Shown: one piece after another, positions 46,851 to 55,992 of the stretch
Numbering within the stretch: position 1 is the stretch's first letter
How the letters are laid out: every line of letters begins with the position of its first letter
Virus record (IMG/VR): IMGVR_UViG_3300008255_000098
Direction: 5' to 3' (one strand)
DNA: 64,000 nucleotides
DNA from: a virus
Taxonomy: Duplodnaviria > Caudoviricetes
The notes under the pieces: generated by a model
Database searches by the model: none
The model's input: the letters and a program-made list of their open reading frames with translations, nothing else
Told to the model about the DNA's origin: nothing
Program-made: the position numbers and the translations under genes

Positions 46851-46920
46851 GACGGGGCACCTCGGGGGTACATACGACTGCAAATCGTCATGTTTAAGAG
46901 TTCGACTCTCTTCCTCGTCT
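46851..46920 (+). tRNA. tRNA-Cys(GCA), reduced D-arm
   Basis: GACGGGG/CCTCGTC acceptor; CT-GCA-AA loop; followed by CTA. Confidence 0.82.
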
Positions 46921-46951
46921 CTAGTGTAACCAGTTTAAAAAATCCTGTTTT

Positions 46952-47263
46952 GTGTTATTCCTAGCACAGAGGCAGGATTTGTTAGTTAACACCAAAGAAG
47001 CGGAAAATGAAGCTATTTTAGCTGAACTTGATAAGAACGGGTTTGTTTGGGTGTCCGTGACAAATAAACAGAATGAACATATCAAAATTACCAAAACGAC
47101 AACTTGGAAAAATGGTGATTTAGTTTTATGTTTATTTAAAAAAGAGTTGCATGTCATGTTAGTTAAAAAAGAATCTATCTTAGAAGATAAAGAACGAGTT
47201 ATTTTTGTATGTCCTAAAAATATTTTTGGAAAAGCAACACAAAGGAAGAACAAAAATGACTAG
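46952..47263 (+). CDS. Hypothetical protein
   Basis: ORF track. Confidence 0.5.
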   Translation: MLFLAQRQDLLVNTKEAENEAILAELDKNGFVWVSVTNKQNEHIKITKTTTWKNGDLVLCLFKKELHVMLVKKESILEDKERVIFVCPKNIFGKATQRKNKND

Positions 47264-48170
47264 GTATAAAAAAATTGAGAATATCCTTGTTGTTTACAAA
47301 AAGAGTAGTCTCCAAGAAGCTATTGACCACAATAACAAAAAAATCTTAGACTTAGTAAAAGAGAATCACCCATCAGTAGCAGATTATGTAATGGCGGATG
47401 AAGCACACTCTTTATCCCGTAAAAATGTTAAAGATGCTCTGGACGCCAAATTTCATGTTGAATATCAATATGATGTTGTTGAAAACGAAGTAAATAATTA
47501 TGATTTAGTAATAACTGTAGGAGGAGACGGAACATTTTTGTGGGCGTCAAAGTTTGTTAATTCTAAAGTACCAATGCTGGGAATTAATTCTTCCCCAACA
47601 ACTAGCTTTGGCTTCTTTACTGCATACAAAGGCAGCGACAGAGATTCTCTTATGACCTTGGCTGTTGATTTAGAAAGGCTAGGAATCAAAAGCTTTTCTA
47701 AGAAAAAAGTTGAGGTTGATAGGTTGTCACTTTTTGTAAATGGAAAAATGCTTCAAGACCACATTTTGAATGAAGTTTTATTTGCCGCTGAACATCCAGC
47801 AGCAATGACAAAATATGAAATTGTTATTTCGGATGGTCAAACATCAACCGTAGAAGTTCGTGAACCGCAAAGCTCTAGTGGAGTCTGGATTTCAGCACCA
47901 GCAGGATCGACTGGCGCAAATTATAGTGCTGGAGGTCAAGTATTAAATTTATTTGATCGTCGTGGGCAATATATAGTTCGGGAACCAGCAGTGGGTGGGA
48001 TGTGTTCCCTACACGGGTTTTTCTCACACGGCTCATCTATTAACTTTCTTTGCAAAACAAGAAAAGCGATTCTTGCATGTGACGGAACAAATATTACAAT
48101 TCCAGTGACTATTGGAGATTATATTTCTATTCAACATTCTAAAGAATCGCTTATTATTTTAGGGAAATAA
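47256..48170 (+). CDS. nadK: NAD(+) kinase
   Basis: VITVGGDGTFL, LGIN, ILNEV, SAPAGSTGANYSAGG; start set at ATG 47256. Confidence 0.9.
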   Translation: MTRYKKIENILVVYKKSSLQEAIDHNNKKILDLVKENHPSVADYVMADEAHSLSRKNVKDALDAKFHVEYQYDVVENEVNNYDLVITVGGDGTFLWASKFVNSKVPMLGINSSPTTSFGFFTAYKGSDRDSLMTLAVDLERLGIKSFSKKKVEVDRLSLFVNGKMLQDHILNEVLFAAEHPAAMTKYEIVISDGQTSTVEVREPQSSSGVWISAPAGSTGANYSAGGQVLNLFDRRGQYIVREPAVGGMCSLHGFFSHGSSINFLCKTRKAILACDGTNITIPVTIGDYISIQHSKESLIILGK

Positions 48171-48448
48171 ATGAAATTTTGGAATAAAGATTTAATTATT
48201 GCCCAAAGAAATTGAGTTATAACCCAAAAGCTTTTCCTATAGATAAGAAATTTTTACGGGCTTAGAAGAAATAGAAGTTTTTGACAAAAAGCGTGTAGAA
48301 CTCTTTTTGGGCGTAGAAAGGATTGAATTGTTATTAGTAAATTAATACAACCTTTGCGTATATACTTTTAACTAAAATAGGTTTAAAACCAATGGAAAAT
48401 AGCTCATACTAATCAAGTAAACAAACTTTTAGATTACGAAGAAATATA

Positions 48449-48892
48449 ATGAATTTTGAAACTCCGAAATTAGCTGTTGATTGTATTGTAATAACCCCGA
48501 AGGGAGTCGTTCTTATAGAACGAAAGAATCCGCCTCATGGGTATGCAATTCCTGGCGGGTTTGTTGATGTTGGAGAAACTTTAGAAAATGCAGCTCGACG
48601 TGAAATGAAAGAAGAATTAAACCTGGATGTAAAAATCCTTGGTAGATTAGGCATTTATGATGAGCCCATTCGTGATCCAAGGCAACATGTAATTTCTGTT
48701 GTTTATGTCGGGAAAAGCGAGTTATCTCCTGTGGCTGGCGATGATGCAAAAGAAGCATTTGAAATTCCTTTGAAAATTGTTGATGGAGAGCCAGTTTTCG
48801 ATCGTAAATTTGCGTTTGATCACGAAACCATTCTTAGAGACTTTATTAAATCGGAATTTCTACAAGTTTATAGATTATATTACGGTAAATAA
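48449..48892 (+). CDS. NUDIX hydrolase (ADP-ribose pyrophosphatase-like)
   Basis: AIPGGFVDVGETLENAARREMKEELNL, DPRQHVIS, AGDDA. Confidence 0.9.
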   Translation: MNFETPKLAVDCIVITPKGVVLIERKNPPHGYAIPGGFVDVGETLENAARREMKEELNLDVKILGRLGIYDEPIRDPRQHVISVVYVGKSELSPVAGDDAKEAFEIPLKIVDGEPVFDRKFAFDHETILRDFIKSEFLQVYRLYYGK

Positions 48893-48893
48893 T

Positions 48894-50111
48894 ATGGAAA
48901 AAACATATACACGAAGAGGATGGATACGTTCTATCCGAAAGAGTAAGAAACTCAGTTTTATCAGTGCCACTGATGGACAGGATGAGTTTCAGCTTACTAT
49001 TAAACATTTTGGAAAAGAAGACGATAGTAAAGTTTTTGGAGACTTTAAAGTAGGAGCTTCATTTGAAGCGTTTGGTAAAGATAGCTATACCCCACGTGGA
49101 GATTACGAATTTTCTGTAAAGGAAATTAAAATTGTTGGCGAAGCGGCTGACGATTTTGCTATTCAACCTAAAAAACATAGTGACGATTTTTTGCGAACTA
49201 TTCCTGAAGAACGTGGCAGAACTGCTTTATATCAGGGAGTTTGGAGAATTAGGCATAAGGTTTCACAAGAGTTACATCGGTTTTTTACGAGCAAAGATTT
49301 TATACAATTCTGGACACCTTGCATTACATCAGCGGATTGTGAGGGTGCAGGAGAAACATTTTCAGTAGAAACTGACTGGCTTAAAAGCCATCTAACGGTT
49401 TCTGGTCAACTGCATGGTGAAGTTGGTATGATGTCCTGTGGGAAGATTTATACTTTTGGGCCGTGTTTTCGTGCGGAGAAATCAACTGGTCGTCGTCATC
49501 TTGCAGAATTTTGGATGTTAGAACCAGAAATGGCTTTTTATTCTCTAAAAGAAACAATGGACCTTGTAGAAGACTTACTCAGCCATGTTTTTAGAGTCGC
49601 ATCAAATGAATATGAAAAAGAATTTGAGAAAATGCGGGTTTCAATGGACCATATTACTGAAATGATATCTTTGCAAAAAGCGTGGCTCCGCATGACATAT
49701 GAAGAAGTTTGTGATAAATACGGGCTTGTTTGGGGCACGGATATTAATGCTGAGTTGGAGCGCAAGCTAACAGAAGATTTAAAATCACCAGTATTTATCA
49801 CTCATTGGCCAAGGGAAATGAAACCTTTTTACATGAAAAATGACGGAATCGTAGCAGAGTGTTTTGACCTCATTTTCCCAGAGGTCGGAGAACTCATAGG
49901 GGGCTCTGTACGTGAAGAAAATTTTGAGAAACTTAAAAAATCAGTAGTTGATTCTGGAATAGATGCACAATCAATGGATTGGTATCTTAAAACTAGAAAA
50001 CACGGAACAGTGCCACATGCAGGTTTTGGATTGGGTTTTGAGAGACTTATAATGTATATTTGTAAGTTAGAAAAGATTCAAGATACGATTCCATTTCCAG
50101 TTAGTTATTAG
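48894..50111 (+). CDS. asnS: Asparaginyl-tRNA synthetase
   Basis: DCEGAGETF, LTVSGQL, YTFGPCFRAEKS, RHLAEFWMLEPEMAF, ELIGGSVRE, PHAGFGLGFERL; start set at ATG 48894. Confidence 0.93.
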   Translation: MEKTYTRRGWIRSIRKSKKLSFISATDGQDEFQLTIKHFGKEDDSKVFGDFKVGASFEAFGKDSYTPRGDYEFSVKEIKIVGEAADDFAIQPKKHSDDFLRTIPEERGRTALYQGVWRIRHKVSQELHRFFTSKDFIQFWTPCITSADCEGAGETFSVETDWLKSHLTVSGQLHGEVGMMSCGKIYTFGPCFRAEKSTGRRHLAEFWMLEPEMAFYSLKETMDLVEDLLSHVFRVASNEYEKEFEKMRVSMDHITEMISLQKAWLRMTYEEVCDKYGLVWGTDINAELERKLTEDLKSPVFITHWPREMKPFYMKNDGIVAECFDLIFPEVGELIGGSVREENFEKLKKSVVDSGIDAQSMDWYLKTRKHGTVPHAGFGLGFERLIMYICKLEKIQDTIPFPVSY

Positions 50112-50128
50112 AGCAATTATGAGGAAAA

Positions 50129-50410
50129 ATGGGTTGGGCTACAGTATATGTTGAAAAATTGTTTTCTGGAGAATGTGTTGATTTTCGTCTACTAGGAAAT
50201 TCAACGCAACCAATTATTAAATCTGGGGAACACGTTTTTGTAGAACCAATTACAGAAAATACCGAACTGTCTATTAAAGACGTTGTTTTGTGTAAGGTTA
50301 GTGATAAACAATATTTGCATTTGGTTACAATAATTTGAGGAACAGATATCAAAATATCAAATTTCAAATAATATCGGAAAGGATGCCGTGCTTCTAACAT
50401 ATTGGCAAAG
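50129..50410 (+). pseudogene. S24/S26 peptidase-like gene interrupted by in-frame stops
   Basis: GNSTQPIIKSG...VVLCKV...YLHLV, then TGA 50336, ISN, TAA 50369, ...SNILAK continues the apparent domain. Confidence 0.5.
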
Positions 50411-50454
50411 AAAGAAATGTTTAAGCAGATTCCAAAGAAATTCACATATAAAAT

Positions 50455-51246
50455 ATGCAAACTTTTGATTTAATAAAAATGAAACAGTCGTGTGCTTTGG
50501 CTGCTGAGACGTTATTGTTTGTTGGAGATATTATCAACGAAGGGATGTCTACAGGGGATATAGATATTTTAGTGCATGAATTTATTCTTGGGGCATTTGC
50601 TTATCCCTCCCCACTTCACTATCAAGGGTTTCCAAGATCAATTTGTACAAGTAGAAATAATGTAATGTGCCATGGAATTCCAAATAAAAATGAAATATTG
50701 GAAAATGGCGATATAATCAACATAGATATAACTACATTTTTTCCAACCCAAGATGGTTTTCACGGAGACACTAGTGCTACATTTTATATTGGAACCCCTT
50801 CAGAGGAAGCACAGCGTATAACAAGAACTGCTCGTGAGTGTTTAGATTTAGGAATTGCAGTGGTGAAGCCAGGAGTTTATTTTGGAGACATAGGGGATAA
50901 AATTGTTTCGCATGCTTTACAAAATAAATGTTCTATAGCACCCGAGTTTGTTGGACACGGTATTGGTAAAGAATTCCACACTAACCCATATATTGACCAT
51001 TGTGGGAAAAAAAACACAGGAAAAATTATCGAGGAAGGAATGATTTTTACGATTGAGCCAATTTTAAATCTTGGTACTTCTGAACATATAATTTTAGAAG
51101 ATGGATGGACTGTAATAACAAAAGATGGTAGTTTAAGTGCGCAATTTGAACATACAATTTTAGTAGTCGAAAATGGTTGTGAAATCTTGACAGAAAGAAA
51201 TAGACCACTTAAAAACTCATTAGAAACTATTAGTAATAAAATTTAA
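50455..51246 (+). CDS. map: Methionine aminopeptidase type I
   Basis: CHGIP, NIDIT, HGDTSAT, FVGHGIG, FTIEPI, SAQFEHTI. Confidence 0.95.
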   Translation: MQTFDLIKMKQSCALAAETLLFVGDIINEGMSTGDIDILVHEFILGAFAYPSPLHYQGFPRSICTSRNNVMCHGIPNKNEILENGDIINIDITTFFPTQDGFHGDTSATFYIGTPSEEAQRITRTARECLDLGIAVVKPGVYFGDIGDKIVSHALQNKCSIAPEFVGHGIGKEFHTNPYIDHCGKKNTGKIIEEGMIFTIEPILNLGTSEHIILEDGWTVITKDGSLSAQFEHTILVVENGCEILTERNRPLKNSLETISNKI

Positions 51247-51257
51247 GGAATTGTAAT

Positions 51258-51593
51258 TTGATTTTTACCGATAAAAATAAAAAATTTGGTAGTTGTAAGT
51301 TATGTCTTCGTGGAGAAGTTAAACTAACTTCACACCATCTAATTCCACGTACTTTACACTCAAATAAATGGTTCAAAAAAAATTACGAGCCAAATAAGCT
51401 ATTGATGACAGTGCCACTATGTGAAGATTGTCATAGAATGGTTCACAACACATTGTCCGAAAAAGACCTAGGAAAAAATTTTAATACTTTAGAATTGCTT
51501 TTATCACACCCTAAAGTATATAACTTTATTAGGTGGGTCCGCAGACAAAAGAAATCAAAAATTAATAATTTCAAACAGGAAAAAAATAAATGA
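51258..51593 (+). CDS. HNH-like zinc-binding protein
   Basis: CKLC...HHLIP...LCEDCHRMVH. Confidence 0.75.
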   Translation: MIFTDKNKKFGSCKLCLRGEVKLTSHHLIPRTLHSNKWFKKNYEPNKLLMTVPLCEDCHRMVHNTLSEKDLGKNFNTLELLLSHPKVYNFIRWVRRQKKSKINNFKQEKNK

Positions 51594-52045
51594 TTGATCA
51601 GTTTAAAGATGATTTTAGATTTTTGTCTAATTTTTTTGATAGTCCATTCACACATAATGGAATTGTATTTCCTACTAATGAACATTTTTACCAAGCAATG
51701 AAAACTTTGAATATTGCTACTAGGAAGAAAATTGCGGCCCTGGACAGTCCAGAAAAAGCAAAGAAGTATGGCAGAACGCTTGTCCTGCGTCTTGGCTGGG
51801 AGGAAAATAAAATTCGTGTTATGCGCAAGGGGTTGGAACTTAAATTTATCACGGGTAGTCTTTTAGCCGAGATGTTACTCGCAACATTTCCAGAAGAACT
51901 TTTTGAAGGAAATTATTGGGGTGATACATTTTGGGGAGTTGATTTAAAAAATAACAACGTGGGAGAAAATTGGCTCGGTAAATTACTTATGGAAAGAAGA
52001 GATTGGCTTTTAAATAAAAAAACTGAAGAGGGAAAGCATGAGTAA
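51590..52045 (+). CDS. NADAR (YbiA-like) family protein
   Basis: FLSNF, EHFYQAMK, AKKYGR, LELKF, EGNYWGDTFWG, NWLGKLLMERR. Confidence 0.92.
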   Translation: MIDQFKDDFRFLSNFFDSPFTHNGIVFPTNEHFYQAMKTLNIATRKKIAALDSPEKAKKYGRTLVLRLGWEENKIRVMRKGLELKFITGSLLAEMLLATFPEELFEGNYWGDTFWGVDLKNNNVGENWLGKLLMERRDWLLNKKTEEGKHE

Positions 52046-52295
52046 AAGAAAAATTGAAAAATGTCCGCTATGTGGTTTTAGTGATATCTATGTCGGGGCA
52101 ACAGCCGTGGAGTGTGGATACACTAATAAATGCAAAAACTGGACACAAAAGCAGGCTAACGTTGTGAAAGAATTATTCAAAAAACAAGAAGCTGCGGCAG
52201 AAATACACAAAAACAATAATTTAGGTTGGGATGAAGATGAAGAAACAACTTCCCCAAGTGGCGGCTTTTATTTGTATGACGGATTTTCAGATTAA
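52038..52295 (+). CDS. Hypothetical zinc-ribbon protein
   Basis: CPLC...EC...C. Confidence 0.55.
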   Translation: MSKRKIEKCPLCGFSDIYVGATAVECGYTNKCKNWTQKQANVVKELFKKQEAAAEIHKNNNLGWDEDEETTSPSGGFYLYDGFSD

Positions 52296-52529
52296 ATGGT
52301 AACAACAGAACAGGATATCAAATTTATTTGGGATACTTGGGGAGATACTAAGCCCTGGTATTGCCCTAAGTGTGATTCTTTGTTGGCCCCGGATGTATAC
52401 TCCTCTTGTGACGGTACCGATGAAGAAATACCAAAAAATCTTTGGAAGCCACACGAAAATGTTTTCATGGAAAGCTCTGTTACATTTGAGCAGTTTTCTG
52501 AAATTACAAAACGACAAAACGACTTGTAA
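52296..52529 (+). CDS. Hypothetical protein
   Basis: ORF track; CPKC. Confidence 0.5.
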   Translation: MVTTEQDIKFIWDTWGDTKPWYCPKCDSLLAPDVYSSCDGTDEEIPKNLWKPHENVFMESSVTFEQFSEITKRQNDL

Positions 52530-52559
52530 AAAAATGTTTACCTAAGCATAATTACACCC

Positions 52560-52916
52560 ATGTACAAGTATACAGCAACAGTAGTTAAAATTATAGATGG
52601 CGACACACTAGATTTATTAATTGATTGTGGTTTTGGGATTTCAAAAAAAATTCGGGTGAGATTATTTGGTATTAATGCACCAGAAGTTTTTGGCATTAAG
52701 CACGATTCAGAAGAACACAAAAAGGGAATTGAGTCCACAAAATTCGTAGAAGATTGGCTTAAAGGTTGCGGGGATGAAATAATTGTTCTTACCCACAAAG
52801 ATAAAAAAGGGAAATTTGGAAGATATTTAGCTGAAATAATCAACCCTAAAACACTTGCTGTCTTAAATGAAGAAATAGTAATTAATGGATTTGCCGAAAG
52901 TAAAATTTACGATTAA
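52560..52916 (+). CDS. Thermonuclease (staphylococcal nuclease-like)
   Basis: IIDGDT, RVRLFGINAPE, GKFGRYLA. Confidence 0.9.
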   Translation: MYKYTATVVKIIDGDTLDLLIDCGFGISKKIRVRLFGINAPEVFGIKHDSEEHKKGIESTKFVEDWLKGCGDEIIVLTHKDKKGKFGRYLAEIINPKTLAVLNEEIVINGFAESKIYD

Positions 52917-52968
52917 AAATATACAGAAATTGTTTTATGGCACACCCTCAATATGAATAGGAATTATT

Positions 52969-53415
52969 ATGCGTAAAATATTTTATCTCTTTTTGTTAGT
53001 TGGTTTGTTAGTATCTGGTTGTGCAAAATATGCTACTAATCAAAGACTTTCCACTAGTTTGTCAGCTACCACTCAACAGTTGAATGCTTACAGAACAGAA
53101 TCGAGTGAAACTTCTTTGGCAATTTATCAGTGTGTTCTCACCCAAGAATATTCTTTAGAAGCTGAGAGAATGTGTGAGCAGTCTGAAGGACATTTTTCAC
53201 ATATGTGTGCTATTAGTGATACTTGGGAATCATATTGTATGAATACCGAAGAAACTTCTAACGGCGAGGTATTAACAAATCCAAGAATCGGAGTTATTCT
53301 CGCCTTGAGAAATGTTATTTCAAATATAAGAGAAAACTATCTTAGGAATACACAAATTGAGGGCAGGGAAACGATAGTAAACGTGGAAAATGATTTTGTT
53401 AGAACTCCTGAATAA
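52969..53415 (+). CDS. Predicted lipoprotein
   Basis: Signal peptide ending LVSGC (lipobox). Confidence 0.65.
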   Translation: MRKIFYLFLLVGLLVSGCAKYATNQRLSTSLSATTQQLNAYRTESSETSLAIYQCVLTQEYSLEAERMCEQSEGHFSHMCAISDTWESYCMNTEETSNGEVLTNPRIGVILALRNVISNIRENYLRNTQIEGRETIVNVENDFVRTPE

Positions 53416-53552
53416 AATAAAATAAAGCTTTAAAGTTTCTATTTTAAATAAACTTTTGAAGTTTATATCTCAAACAAACTGTTTTATCACTATAGAAGCA
53501 ACAAGACACAATTAGCAATTTATTTATTGTATTTGTAGTATTTGGTGTTATA

Positions 53553-54032
53553 GTGATACACATGCGGAAAACTACTAAACATTTTTGGATAGAACAGTTA
53601 CGAGATCTAGAAAGATATTGCAACGAAAAAGGCTATAGAGTAGTGGTTAAATCTACCGGGATAGAAACGATAGATTTTGCCAATAAACTTATAACCCTAA
53701 ACAGCAAAAAAAATGATGAAACTACTTTTTATCTTTTGTTGCACGAAATGGGACATGCCCGTTTGATGAACAACAATGAAAAATATAAAAAAACATGTGG
53801 ATATGTTTTTGAAAATTTTTGTAAGAGTAGTCTCACACACGCAATTGCAATTTTAGAAGAAGAACTAGACGCTTGGAAAGAAGGACTTGTCTTAGCAAAA
53901 ACAATTAATTTTTATGTAGACCGTAGAAAGTGGGAGGCAATTAAAACTAAATGTATCTCCTCTTATGTGGCCTGGGTAGATAGTAAAAAGCAAGTTTCTA
54001 AAAAACAGGAAAATAAGAAAGATAATAAATGA
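53553..54032 (+). CDS. ImmA/IrrE-like metallopeptidase
   Basis: LLHEMGH and EEELDAW. Confidence 0.7.
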   Translation: MIHMRKTTKHFWIEQLRDLERYCNEKGYRVVVKSTGIETIDFANKLITLNSKKNDETTFYLLLHEMGHARLMNNNEKYKKTCGYVFENFCKSSLTHAIAILEEELDAWKEGLVLAKTINFYVDRRKWEAIKTKCISSYVAWVDSKKQVSKKQENKKDNK

Positions 54033-54781
54033 AAAAGAATATTAATTTGGTGGAAAAATCCAGACCTAAAAGTAAAGCACATTTAAAGGATGAAGAATTA
54101 TTTTATAAATATGCCATTACTAAAGATGGAAATTTGCGGAACACTTTGGTTCGTAATAATCAAGCACTTGTTACGTATATAGTAAATAAATACTATTCCA
54201 ACAGGAACGAATATCGAAAATATCGAGAAGATATCTTACAAGAAGGCACGCTCGGGCTAATGTCGGCGATTGATAGATACAAAGTAGAGTTAGGATACAA
54301 GTTTTCAACCTATGCTACTTGTTGGATCAGACAAGCAGTGAATAATTATCTTATCAATGTTGAGCCGTTAATCCATGTTCCTAGTCACATAAGGACACAA
54401 CACAATAAAATTGTCAAACAACTCAAAGAAGAAAATAAAACACTCCAAGCTCTTATCGCTGAAGGAAATAAGTCTGTAGAAATTAACGGAGAAAAAGTGA
54501 GTAAAAAGATGATGTGGTCGGTACAAAGTGCAATATGTACACATTATATTTCTTCAATAGACAAGCCCATAAACTCGAAAAACAGTGACGGGACTTCAGG
54601 CACTCTCAAGGACATTATTCCAGAACATAAACCAAGTTTGGATGTTATTTTTGATAGTATCAAGATGGTAGAAGTTATTAAAAATGGACTTGAAGCTTTG
54701 AATGATAGGGAGCGTAATATCTTACTACTGCGTTTTGATATAATTAATGAAAAAGATGTTTTAAGCGCAGAAACTAAATGA
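54029..54781 (+). CDS. Sigma70-family RNA polymerase sigma factor ending after region 4.1
   Basis: NQALVTYIVNKY, EDILQEGTLGLMSAIDRY, GYKFSTYATCWIRQAV, LNDRERNILLLRF, then stop. Confidence 0.9.
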   Translation: MKKNINLVEKSRPKSKAHLKDEELFYKYAITKDGNLRNTLVRNNQALVTYIVNKYYSNRNEYRKYREDILQEGTLGLMSAIDRYKVELGYKFSTYATCWIRQAVNNYLINVEPLIHVPSHIRTQHNKIVKQLKEENKTLQALIAEGNKSVEINGEKVSKKMMWSVQSAICTHYISSIDKPINSKNSDGTSGTLKDIIPEHKPSLDVIFDSIKMVEVIKNGLEALNDRERNILLLRFDIINEKDVLSAETK

Positions 54782-54819
54782 ATTAGAAAAAATAAGAGAA
54801 TTCAATAGAGGAAATACAA

Positions 54820-55092
54820 ATGATTAAAAAAAAATATGTGACAATTGCTGAAGGTACAGATTTTCGTACAATTGCAAAAATTATGACGACAAAAGGGTAT
54901 GTAATGAATCACGCAACCGCAAGGAACGTTTTGATTTCTGCGATCAAAAAAATACTAGCTCACTCTGCAAATGAGTTTGGAGTTAAAATTAGTCCTGAAA
55001 TGTTGAGTAAACTAGTTAAAGATCAAAGGCTTCATGGAGCTTTAGCGGACGTACTTTATAGAGTACAAAATCAACAAAAGGAAAACAAATGA
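54820..55092 (+). CDS. Small HTH protein resembling sigma region 4.2
   Basis: DFRTIAKIMTTKGYVMNHATARNVLISAIKKI; own GAGG RBS. Confidence 0.6.
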   Translation: MIKKKYVTIAEGTDFRTIAKIMTTKGYVMNHATARNVLISAIKKILAHSANEFGVKISPEMLSKLVKDQRLHGALADVLYRVQNQQKENK

Positions 55093-55487
55093 CAATCGAA
55101 GTTAAAAAACCAGATCTTCTTGCGGTAATAAACCGACGTGGCCGTACTTTAGAAGAATTTTTGGCAGAACTTGGGGTTTCTGACAGAAAAACTCTTGATA
55201 GAAAAATATCCTTATTAAAATCTCACTATACTGTAAGTGATACTTTTATAAAACAAGCTTATTTATTAGTTCCGAGTAAGCCAGTTGTAAAAATTGTAGA
55301 AGAGCCAGTGAAAATAGAAGCAGTAGCAGCGGGGGTGACTTCGGGGGTGACTTCGGGGGTGACTTCGGGGGTGACTTCGGGGGTGACTTCGGGGGTAGAA
55401 GACAAAAGTCAAAAAATCGAAGAACCTACCCGAACAAAAGAACGAAAAGTTGTTAGACAAAAAAAGTCTTCTAACAAAAAACAGTAG
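55089..55487 (+). CDS. Hypothetical protein with GVTS repeats
   Basis: ORF track. Confidence 0.6.
   Translation: MTIEVKKPDLLAVINRRGRTLEEFLAELGVSDRKTLDRKISLLKSHYTVSDTFIKQAYLLVPSKPVVKIVEEPVKIEAVAAGVTSGVTSGVTSGVTSGVTSGVEDKSQKIEEPTRTKERKVVRQKKSSNKKQ
55331..55396 (+). repeat. Perfect tandem repeat (GGGGGTGACTTC) x5 plus GGGGGT
   Basis: Read directly from the sequence; encodes (GVTS)5. Confidence 0.95.
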
Positions 55488-55539
55488 ATAGATTAGATTA
55501 AATCTTTAAAAGTGCGGACAAGTATGGTAAAATGTTTAA

Positions 55540-55992
55540 ATGGACAAACAAAATAAAAATCTAAGATTTACCGAAGGTAAGCTTGTGATGTATTCAAAAA
55601 AAAATACTCGTTCGGGACTTATCAAATATTTCTTACCAACAACAAATAAAAATAAATCTATATATAGTTATTTGCAGCGTGTAACAGGAACGGCACATAG
55701 ATATGTTGAAACATATGTTGATAACATGAAACGAGGAGTTCCGTTTTTGTTGATCGAAGACCCAAAATTAGTCAGCACGAAAGAAAAATATTTTTTATAT
55801 CAAGGTACAAATTCAGACGCAAATAGTCGAGCTAAAGGACAAATGTTTTGGAGAATTAAATTTTTATACAAAGAACAAATTTATGTGTCTTATTTAACTA
55901 GAAAGCAATATTCACAAGAGTTGGTTATTGCAGTTCTAGCTAGACTAAATAAGGACTATTCAATTGGAGGAAAAAACAAAACTATCTTTTAA
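55540..55992 (+). CDS. Hypothetical protein (paralog family)
   Basis: ORF track; GVPFLLI...IKFLYKEQIY. Confidence 0.55.
   Translation: MDKQNKNLRFTEGKLVMYSKKNTRSGLIKYFLPTTNKNKSIYSYLQRVTGTAHRYVETYVDNMKRGVPFLLIEDPKLVSTKEKYFLYQGTNSDANSRAKGQMFWRIKFLYKEQIYVSYLTRKQYSQELVIAVLARLNKDYSIGGKNKTIF

Noticed and set aside
36185-46923. HDV-like theta ribozymes at tRNA 3' ends
   Set aside because: The trailers I examined (including the suppressor tRNA) did not show the nested double-pseudoknot pattern by eye. A descriptor search would be needed to exclude them fully.
48170-48445. Possible decayed ORFs at 48170-48445, 62735-62890 and 7650-7930
   Set aside because: Fragmented reading frames with no recognisable family; they cannot be supported without a search.
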